DNA of 64,000 nt. Source: Podarcis filfolensis (Eukaryota). The stretch lies in assembly GCA_964270895.1 (NCBI GenBank), contig OZ185442.1. One strand, written 5' to 3'. The notes under the pieces were generated by a model, which was given only the letters and a program-made list of their open reading frames with translations, was not told the DNA's origin and did not search any database. The translations under genes were made by a program, and so were the position numbers. Shown here piece after piece: positions 25,301 to 36,600 of the stretch. Positions within the stretch are counted from its first letter, which is position 1. The number at the start of each line of letters is the position of its first letter.

Positions 25301-26835
25301 TTTTATTTAAAATGCATCTCTGGGTTATTTGTGGGGCATAGGAATTTGTCCATTCCCCCCCCAAAGAAATATAGTCCGACCCCCGACAAGTTCTGAGGGA
25401 CAGTGGACCAGCCTCCTGCTGAAAACGTTTGCTGATCCCTGGGATAGAACATTGGCAGAGTGTCACTGGAAAGTTCAGGCTGAAAAGGTCTTAGTGAAGA
25501 AAGGGTAAACTTAAGCCACAGCTCTTTGGATGTAAGGCCTGGAAGTTTGAAATGCTGGATTTGAACATTTTTGTGTCTAAAAAACATGTTCAGTGGTTTA
25601 TTTTTGTTTATTTTTTGAATAGGGGGATATATTTTGAATTAAGGCGTGGAAGCTGAAGGCCAACCACACTGGCTCTATCTTGTAGCATTCTTGAGTCATG
25701 CAAGAGTGTATGTGGGCATCAGCTGCGGAAGGTGTGTGTAGGGCTCTGCCCTCCAGCTCTACTCTCACCAGAGTCTTCATGCATTTTTCTGAATATGCTT
25801 AGAATCGTTCTTGTGAGGATTGTGATTTGGGAACCCTGCATGCAGAGGATTCCTGATTGCCAGAAGGTTTCTTCGTGTATTCAGCCAAACATGCAACTAA
25901 TCCCGTGGTGGGTGGGTGGGTGGGTGGGTATGTAGTCAGTGGGGATAGGGATAGAGACAGGGAAGACTAGTCCAGTTGCTTTTACAGTTGTCTGCTGCAA
26001 ATGAACCTGGTGCAAATGAACCTGGTGTTGGTCTGCCAAAGCCACACCACCCTTGCAGTACTGAGGGCAAGGCTAGTGCCCAGGACCTCCATAGTTTATT
26101 CCCACAGTGTCCTTTGAACAGGCTGAAGAGAGCTACTGACTCGCTCTTTTGTGTTGGCAAAGGGAGCCAGATGGAAAGCTTCAAGGGGTCAGATTAAGTT
26201 CCTGGCCCACCAGTTGTCTACCCCTAGTTTAGAACTTTGAGATCTGACACTTTGGGAAGTTTTGTGGTTAAGAATCTTGGAGCTGGAGCATTTTCATGCT
26301 GGTATGTTGGGAGTGGTGGGTGGGAGGGCCACTGTGAAGAACTGTGGAGTTTTGAAATGCTCCCTTACAGACATTAATGGTAAATCATTGGCTTATCTGC
26401 TGTAATTTGGGAACGGTTTATGACTCAGAAACAACGAAGAAATACTAAAAACAAAACAAAAAACCAACAAGCTGTTAAAATCTCTGTTTTTTAGTAGCTC
26501 AGATCTAGGTTTTTGCTTCTGTAGGCAGGAGATGTAAGGGGTGATGTGGATCATTAAGAGGCTCTGATGCTGAGCTGCCACCACACAGGTGGCTTTGCTT
26601 GGTCGACACTAGGGGCGGGGGTCTAGGCAACCCCCCACCCCAAAATCAATCCTCCCCATGCCTGTTCTAGACTACAGCATGTTATTTAAACACACACCCC
26701 ATACTCAGTTATTGTGTGAAGCTTTAATCCTCTTTACATTACACAATGAGGTTAGATCATGTGGGTTCCTAGCTGCTGTATTAAGAGGGGGACAAAATAA
26801 AGGACCCAGGTATGAAATGGAAAGAACGAACGAAA

Positions 26836-26876
<41 letters not shown>

Positions 26877-29800
26877 GCAGATAAGCGATTGATCAAGCTG
26901 AGGTTTAGAGAGTGATCACATTTACGCACGCTCTTTCCTGCTCTCTCTCTCTCCCCTCATCATCATTTAATGAGGTCGAAGTGGAGCTGCTTAATGAAGT
27001 TTAACAGGGTTTTAATTACTGGCAACTCAGAGCCTGCTCTACTAGGACAGGGCCTGGCCGCCAGCAGGAGTGATGGGGGGTGCTGCTTCCTTGCCAGCCT
27101 CAGAAAAAAGGCTGGATCTTGGGCAGCCGGCAGCGGGGGGGGGGAGGGAGGTGGAAGCACTGGGGGAGCCCCAACTTTGCTTCTTGCTTCCCCCTCCCAT
27201 TAAGGAGCAGTGACTCTATGGCTGGGAGGCTATTGCTGTGGCTGCTTTTCCCGAAAGCTCTGCTTTCGTACCCCCTTTTTCTCCCCACATATTGTCAATT
27301 GGGGGTCAGTTTCTGTCAGGACCGAGCACCTGGTGTTCAGCGGTTGCCTTGGAAAATCCAGAGAATGGGAACTAGCAGGTTTAGGGAGGTGGGCTTTGCT
27401 CGCAGCCCAAAGTCAAAGGGAAACTGCTGGTTCATTGGGATGGGAAGCGGATCTGAGCAGGGTTGCCACCTTTTCTTCTGGTTGCTACTCCGGTGCATTT
27501 CAAGGCAACCTGATACATTGAAATATAGCAGGTGAAGCTTCATCTGGTATAGAGATGAGTGTTAGGTAGAGCTGCAGGTGTTGTGTGCCAGCCTGCTTTT
27601 AGTGGCATGGGAGCAGACCCAGGGAAAGGGGCGAGGAGGAGATGGCAACCATAAGCCCAGAGAGTTGTGTGCCTTCCCCCCTAGTCAAGGACAGAAAGTT
27701 TGTTTCCTGCTGCATCTGTTCCTCACACATATATAAGGTCTGAGTTGTATCCAGGTTCTGTCTGACATGAGTTAGAGTTCACTTTGTATGGTTTTATGTG
27801 TGGAGGGTTGTTCTCCTAGTGGTTAGAGCAGGTGTGGTGTTTCCTCCCTTCCACCCCAAGACAGAGACATTGGAAATCTCCCTGTTCTGGCACGGGGGGT
27901 GGGGGGAGAGATAGGACTACCCCCTTTGTTTTAGGAGGGGGCTTTGCCTTGACCCCCCCGACCCTACTCTCGACCCCCTGAGGGCGCAGCGTCCCCACCT
28001 CGCAGCATGGCTCCTAGCGGCCGACGCGGGCCTGACGGACAGGTCTGGCAATCGGGCAAATTGTGTGGAGGAGGTGGAGCATGAGGCCCAGTCGCCGAAA
28101 GCCAGCAAGGGCCAGCGCCTTGCAGGTCCTTGTCTTGGCACAGAGAAACCTCACTATCACATGTACACAGGGAATTTGGTGCACATGCTCCACTGGCAGA
28201 AGCACTTATGCGTTGGCTGGCATGGCCACCCACCCTCCAGGTCTCGGTGTCCTTTGCAAAACAGGGCACAGATGCATTTCAATGCAAGGGTGTGTCTCCT
28301 CTTGAGTGCATTGTGTGACGAGTGCCTACAGATGAGACTGGTCATGGGGAGAATTTGGGGAACGGGCACAGGCTTCAGGGGAGGACAACCCTATTAAGTG
28401 GCTGTCATAGGTGGTAGATGTGGGAAGTCACCAAAGGTGGCAGAGTGACAGGGAAATCTTCTGGCAAGCTATCTCACCTAGGTCCAACTGAAATAAAATG
28501 TGAGTAGTCCTCTTACACAGCTCCTGTTCCTTTAAATGAGGCTGTGCTGGAGAACACCCCAATGGGTTGTGGGCCCCATGCTAATCCATGGGTGTCCCAT
28601 GGGTGTCCTTGGCCCACTGACTTCAGTATTGTCTACACTGACTGGCAGCGGCTCTCCAGGGTTTCAAGCAGGGGGCAATCTCAGCCCTATCTGGAGACAC
28701 CAGAGATTGAGCCTGGGACCTTCTGTAGGCCAAGTAGATGCCACTGAGCTATAGCTTGGATTTTTAGACTTTGGACTTCATGGTCTTCTTCTATAATGGC
28801 GGGGGGAGTTCTTAAGCTGGCAATGCTTTACTTACTTTGATATGTGGCAAGCAGACCCTGCTGCATCTCTAGGTACTCCTGTGCACTTCTGCCTCTGATG
28901 GCGCTACTGGACCCGCCTCAGTTTCCCGTGGTTCCTGTGTCTCCATCTTTCCTTTTCTGCTGTGTTTTGTCCCGGGCTGAGAAGAAGGAAGTGGCTGGTG
29001 GCTGTGATACGATTTGTAAAGTGCTTTGCAGCCTTTGTGATCTGCACATCAACAACCATGCGAGATGGGTTGCCGCTCTTCCCATTTTACAGCTGGGAAA
29101 CGAAATTGAGAGAAGAGGTGCTTGCTTGAGATCATGTTGTTGTGAGCCTGTTTTAGGGGTAACACCTGAACCCACAATAGGCAACAGAGAGGAAGCCACC
29201 TTTCCCCCAAACGACACATTCTGCCTTCTGGCTCCAGTGTTGTGAACAGCATGCCGTTGCGATTGCAAAATTCTTTCGGGGAGAGGTTTGAGGCCCAGGG
29301 TGGGTGGGCAAAAGCAGAAGGTGGGCAGCTGACATTAATATTAATTCTGCTGCAGTATGTCCTGGGTGCTGGACAACAGGGAAGGGCAGGCCTTAGACCT
29401 ACAGTATGGGATCTACTTTGCATTTTACTAGCAGCCGCAAACCCACCTTTTGCAACCAGGTGCAGAAGATGTAGAATTAAAGAACATGGTGCCTCTGAAC
29501 AACGGCTGAGCTAATGGATTTGTTTTGAGTTCCAGAACTGAGCTGAACTCACAGTCCTTCCACACAAAAATCTGTTCCTGGTGACCCCAAGCTTTGTTCA
29601 TTTCAGCAGTTCAACTGTGGGAAGGGGGGCTCATTTTGTTGTTGCTCTTGTTAAATAACTGGGAGCCAGAAACACTTGCTGATCTACTGCGAAAAGCCTG
29701 TCAGTAGATCCCAATTTATCTTCTGTTCACTCTTGCTGCACAGTACAGAGCTTTCAACCTACTGTAGAGTAAACCAATGTGGTGTAGTGGATTTGGATGC

Positions 29801-30608
29801 GGGAAACCCAAGTTCAAATGCCTACTTGGCCACAAAACTCATTGGAAGGCGGCAAGATTCTATGGGCTTGTCCATACTACACAAGAGTGGAATGTGCATT
29901 TGCACCTACCTGTCTCCTTATTAATGTTGGCAGGTGTCCAACATTATGTCCTCCCCACCCTAATGTTGTGCAGGACCTTCCCCCACCCCTTTAAATTCAG
30001 GGTTTTTTGTTGTTGTTCTTGGGTATTTTACACTTTCTAAGGATTGAAAAAGAACACCCAGCATTTAAAAGGGAAAGGTGTGAGAAACACTGGCATGGGG
30101 AGAATGTCATGTGACTTCGCCCTTGCATTAATGGGGAGACAGTCACAAATTCACATTTCATTGCGGTGTGGACAAGCCCTCTCTCTGAGCTTAAGCTTCC
30201 TCACAAGGCTGTTGGTGAGGATGGGAATGCTGTGTGTACCAATACAGTCTGTGCACACCCTCCCATTTACTCTTCATCCAGTACCCGCCCCCCCCCCGCC
30301 CCCGCTGGTTTGGGAAGTGGTATATGCACAATGTTAGCCACAGTCCATATTTATCCTGCCGATTCTCATGAAAGACTGCATTTTGATGCGTTTCCTCCCA
30401 ATCCGGCTTTGATCCGAATTGAGACAAAGAGCAGCCTTTCAAGCATGTAATGTGTACACACAGCCACACTTGTTGGGAAGGGCAGGAGGTGAGTTTGAGG
30501 GCTGGCTGATGTCTTGTGAGGACGGGGTATAGGGAAGACTCAAGTGGAAAGACATGGACTTAGGGAAATGCTTTGAAGACAAAGGGAGGCAGAAGGTGGA
30601 ATGTGGAG

Positions 30609-30666
<58 letters not shown>

Positions 30667-33600
30667 ACTGGGTTTATATAGAGAGAGGTGGTGTGTAGTT
30701 GAAGGCAGAGGAATACATGTAGCACTAGGCATTAGGGGAATGGGAGATGGAGAAGGAGATAAAAGTGCCCAAGATCAGATACGTAGGAAGATGGAAAAGG
30801 GGGTTTAGGGGAGAAGAGACAGCATCAGACTCCTGGGCAAATACGACTGGTGGAGAACACTGTGGTAAGCTGGGTGGGTTTGCAGAACTTGGCCTAGTCC
30901 CCGTCTGAGACAGGGATTCAGCTCTTGACCTTTGGGGGCTGTTCCCACCTCTAGGAGAGTGAATGGGGTCTTCAGTGGACTAGCTAAACCCATGGGTTTG
31001 TGGCACAGTGTGGGGCTAGAGAGAGGGGTGGGAATTAGGACTTGTGCCGCTGCTTCCAGCTCAGCCATTGTATTTGTATGACCTTGGCAGGGAGTCTTCC
31101 TCCCACCTGCACCATTGAGGATGGCGGTGGAGGTACCTGCCTCTTTGTAAGTGGCTTCTGGAGGCCAGAGAGAAGGGATTTTGGTCACTTCTTGGTTCTT
31201 GGTCCAGGTTTTAGTTTAATGGTGTAGGGTGGGAGGGGGGAGAAGGAAATAAGTCCAGCTGTTCCCCCAGGTTTTGCTGCTGTTATTGCTTTTTTTTTTG
31301 TTGAAAAAAATTATTATTACTATTATAGCTTTGCCAAGGCATGCTGAGAACTGCGAAATCGTGACACAGAGAGAGGGAGAGGAGAAAGAGAGAGAGACTA
31401 GACAGGGTGGGGATGTCACCTGCCCCCCCCTACCATTCCACCACCCCCCAGTCTGCTGCAACGCAGAAACCAGGGAATGGAATAGGAAAGAAAATGAAAT
31501 GCGTCTGAAGCGAGGAGAAGGGAGAAATCGTCGGGTGGAAAAGGTGGGGGGGAGGGCGAGAGAGCCAGCGAGTGAGCGAGAGGCCTGGCCCTGCCGTAGC
31601 TCCAGCCCCCCTCTCTCCCCCTGCACAGTATCGATCGGCAGCCGTGGCTCGAAACCATTTTCATTGTCAGGCGCTTGGGCTGACGGATGCCCCCCCCCCA
31701 ACAAAGCGCAGCCGCTGGGGGATGGGAAGGGATGCTGCAGCTTGGGGGCTGGTTCCCCACGCCCCATCATATTAATCCTATTTATCATCCCTGCTTCAGT
31801 TTTATCCCTCCAAAATAATATCTCACTGCAAATTCCAGTGTCCCCTATTCCTCTCCCTTTCTGCCCCCTGTCCCCCACCCTTTCTTTTCTTTGTAGTTTG
31901 TTGAAGGGGACCATTGTTCATCGGAAGCTCTCCCCCCCCCGTACACACCCATTTCTCAAATTTCCCTTATCATAGGGGGCATACTCCAGATCCCTTAACA
32001 TGGATTAGTTACCCCTTAACACACATTAGATATCCCTCCTTACTCGCAGCCAGGACCGTTAAAGAGAGGCAAAGAGGACGGGATTTCTTTTTCACCCTTT
32101 CGATGTACGCTTATGGGTTAAATGTGATTTTCAGTGATATTGGGGGTGGCGTGAGCATGGGTTTGGAGTCTGGGAATAATTCCCAATTTACTAAACCCAT
32201 ATCAAAATTGAGGAAAAGTCCCAGTATATGTACCACCTCCCCCCACCATGTATTGCCAGGCGTTGTTCTGTCCTGATCGCAGTCCGAGTGAGAATTATAC
32301 CTAGTTTAACTGATGGTTTATCGTGCTGGACCATGTATTGGGATTCAGGTGCTGGATCACGACTTGTGTCCCAGACTGGGGGTGACAGAAGGGAACAGAA
32401 GCTTTGTGGGGACTTAGAACAGTTTCTGAAACATTTCATAAGGAGAAATCTGGAGATATGAGTGGAAGGTGAAGGGAAATACTCAAGTGTGCAGTTGTAC
32501 ACCATGCACATACAGAGGAGGTGGCCTGTGTTCTGTGGTAGCTACTCTCTCACAATCCCGGATACATAACATAGGCCGATGCAACCATTTTTGGCTAATT
32601 TGTGATTAGAAGCCCATCTGACTTCTCAGCAGGACGAGAGGATTGTGTGATTATTCCAACCCCATCTCCAGATCACCTCTCCTTCATCCTCAGAAAAGTT
32701 CCAAGTGATCCAGAGGCTGAGTTGTTGAAATGGGTGTTGAAATAATTCCATAAGCGCCCTCCGTCATGTAGCAAAGGGAGCCGGCTTTGGCTTCCTACAT
32801 CGCAAATGAGCAATAAAGCAGTTGCTTGAATCAGTTCTGATGTGTGCTTCTACTTTCACATGCAGGCATATGTATTAAGCCACACTCCTTATTCATTATC
32901 CTATATTCTCTCATGTTTAATTCCGCCGTCATGTGCACCTACTCGTTTGTGTACACGTCATCCTGAACATGAATCAATGCTTCATCTCACATGCTTGTGC
33001 CTTTTAATTTTATTTCTGGGCTTTCTCACCCTAGTTTTTCTCCCCATAAATCTGCTCAAAACACACTTTTACACTTGAATACTAACTGGCAAACATTCTC
33101 TCTCTGTGTGCATGTCTCTCTGTTTCACGGGCACTTCAGTTCAGCTTGATGATACTTTTTAATTGCAGGAGAAAGTATAAATAATCAAAATGAGCTTCAC
33201 AAGCTGACAAGGCTTGTGTCCCCCCCCCCCCCCACTTTCCTACACACGCTCGCACAAACATTCAGTTTAAATTGTCTTTCATGGCCCATTTCTGCCTGCA
33301 TCTAAATAAAGTTTCATCATCTTTGTAGCACATCTTCATAAGGGAGTTTCCTGCATTTTCAAATCTGCTAGCAGAGCTAATCAAAAGTAAGCACCCCAAG
33401 CTGCCATTACAAACATCAGCACAAATGTATGCCTGAATGAGTAAGCAGGATCCTTTCCCCCTTTTGAAAAAGTGATGTTAGATACCGAGCATTTAAAATG
33501 GTAGAGTTGGAAGGGACCCTGAGGATCATCTAATCCAACCCTCTGCAATGCAGGAATATGCAGCTATCCCATATGGGGATCAAATCTGCAACCTTGGCAT

Positions 33601-36600
33601 TATCGGCACCATGCTCTAACCAACTAAGCCATGAAGGACTTGTTTAGACGAGGGCGCAGCATTGGCACATAACTGAAAGCATGTGAAGCAATGAAAGGAA
33701 GAAAGCATGATTATGGGGCAGGGGGGTTTGCACAGCATTCTGCTGCACGGACTTTGTTTCCTGCCCTGAGTCCATGATTTCTCCCTGACCCACTGTAGAC
33801 TACCTGGGCCTCCGGCATGTTGTTACCATGGGCATGGGATTTGCCAGGTGTGTCTGATTTCTTGAATCCCTGCCCTCTAAACTCAGATATTTAGAGGGAG
33901 CTTCGGGCTTTTTTAGCAGTGCTAGAACAGGCACTTTGCACACAATCAGAATCAAGCTACATTACTGAGCCTAGGCATTGAAACAAGAGTGCTGAGCTTT
34001 GGGTCTGATTAGACCAGGGGATTATCCACACCAAAGGAAAATGTGGATCCTGTCTTCTTGTCCTGGACCTTTCCTCCTTTAAGTGCAGGGTCTTTCAGTT
34101 CTGAGCTTTTTGGAATTTTGAAGAATGGGGGGAGGACCCGACAATTTAAAGGGGTAATGTACAGGACAGCACTGGGATGCGAAGGATGTCATGTGGATGC
34201 CCCCACATTAATGGGGAGAGAGGCAGGTGCAAATCCACATTTTGGTCCTGTGTGGACAAGTCCTTTTTAAAATCACCCCTCCACACACATCCCACAACTA
34301 CAGCTGCAAATATGCTCACAGAGTTCGTTTCCTTGCAATCAGTGATGGTTATTTATAGTGCATAAAATAAATGAAGTGCCACACAGAAATTAGAAATGGT
34401 CCAAATGCTTCTGGTGTAATTGTTGGCAAGGCACAGATGGGAGGGAGACAAGAATATTCTTTTTAGAAAGGCATTCATACAAATGTGGTGATTTGATGCC
34501 CCCTTTGCTTTCTCCCTTATATATTTTTTAAGATTTATAAAAACAAAAGAGATATCAAAGGACGAAAAAAGCAAGAGGAGGAGTATTTTAAAAGGAAAAC
34601 AACAACCAAATAAGACCACATAGGAAAGAGCTATCCCAGGCTGTGTACACATTACCAGTTAAAAATTCCGCTAAGTGGTTCTTTTTCTCTATTCAGATTG
34701 AAGCTGCTTTGGGGGGGAAACACATCAAAATGCAGTATTTCATAAGAAACGACAGGAGAGATATGGATTTTGGCTAATGTTGTGTGTACAACCATTTCCC
34801 AAACCAGCAGTGGGAGCGCACTCGGAGTAGAGCAAACGGAAGGAAAAGATGATAGCAAAATCAAAACATTCCCTTCTGTCCCAGCTACACACATTTTTAA
34901 AGACCATCCCCACAGCTGCTGATTTCTCTGCACACATGGTTCTGCGTGTGTAGGGAGGCTGGAGCTGGTGAAGATCTGAGTTCTTTGGGAAACTGGAGAC
35001 TAGCACTAGTGTGTTGAGGAAGGTTTATTTGACATAAGGCATGTATGACACATGTGTGTTTAAGGCAGAATTTAAGGAGAACAAACTGTGCTTGATGTTG
35101 CAAAAGGAGAGGCAAGTGTGAAAGTGCAAATAGTAAAAATGTGCTGACAACAAGGACTCTGTGTGTATGTGAAGAAGCAAATGAGAATGAAAAAAGATGA
35201 GGACAGAAATGTGGACAGCCAGAATAGGAGTGTAAATGCAGAGAGCTATAAACGCACAAGCAAGGTGGAATAGAGTTATCCTTCCAGTTTCGCTCACATA
35301 TAGTGCATTGCAGGGGGTTGGACTAGATGACCCTTGGGGTCCCTTTCAACTTTACACTTCTGTTATTCTGTAACCAAGTCTTTTTCATGTATGCCTCACA
35401 CCCTGAAAGCATTCCCTTCTATGCTATCTATGGAGCTTCTGAGCTTCTGAGATTTCATCAAGTACTTTCAATTCTGTCTTTGCAGCAAAATGGTCCAGAA
35501 AGTTGCAGTTTTTAAAACAGATGAATGTTAAGATTATCTGAATGCCAAAATCTGTGCCCACAATTTCTGCAGATGTCCTATGTGGCTGCACAACAGGGGG
35601 GCACATACGTTCCTGCCTACAGTGCTTCAAGGTTTATAGCTAGTTCACACAGCCATTTCTGGTTTGGTTTTACACAGTGAAATCCTAACATGAACCACTC
35701 AATGCTGCTCAAAGTTGGCAAGGCTAGGATATGTTGGATTGTAATTCAGACACCTGTTGAAATTTGGTGACCATGGTCCAAAAATGAGATCTGGATTGAT
35801 TTCACATTGAAAAATAATCCAGAAAGGGTCACATTAAACAGCGTGATTTAGGTATGTTATAATCCAGAATGGCCGTCCTAACCTATACTGCTCACTGAAG
35901 TATCACACAGCCATATTGCTGAATTTGGGAAATGCCGAGGGTGAAACCCACACCTCATCAAGAACATAACACTGGCTAGAATCCGTTTTTTGTATCTGCC
36001 AATGCATTCACACGGTCATGCAGGTGTGTGATGAATGACAACCACCTAGTTTGTGAAGGCGTCATGTGAAAAGGTCTGAAGAAATTGGTGAAGAAATAAA
36101 GGTTACCTCAGGATTAAAAGTGGTACCTGCCTTATATCAAGTGGTTGTATGAATGCATTGAGGGAGGGGCTGTGACTCAAAGGGTCCTAGAATGAATCCC
36201 TAGCAACTCTCATCATCAACCCTGTCCATTGGCCATGCTGATGGGGGCTGATGGGAGTTTTAGTTCAGCAACATCTGCACCCTTGCCCTAAATGGCTCCT
36301 TCTCAAGCCCAGAGGCCAAACTGTTTCCTCCAAGACTGGGAAGATCCATCAGGGAATGCCAGAACTCAAGCCTCTCATTTTTGAACTAGGGTGACTCCTT
36401 GCATGACCTGTGAAAAGTCCCTGTTCTGCACAAATATTAAAGTACACATTGGCTTCCTTTGCCTTTTCTATTGCCTTTCAAGTACTAAGGGGCCTGAATG
36501 CATTGAAGGATTGGACTTCTCTATCTTTAACCAAGGAGCAGGTTGTCATGCAGGGGGTGGGGGAAAGTTCATTTGCCCAAAGATGTCAGGTTATTTACAT

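Noticed and set aside
31216-31975. Overlapping 232/233-aa ORFs on both strands
   Set aside because: Low-complexity purine/pyrimidine DNA with no codon structure or homology.
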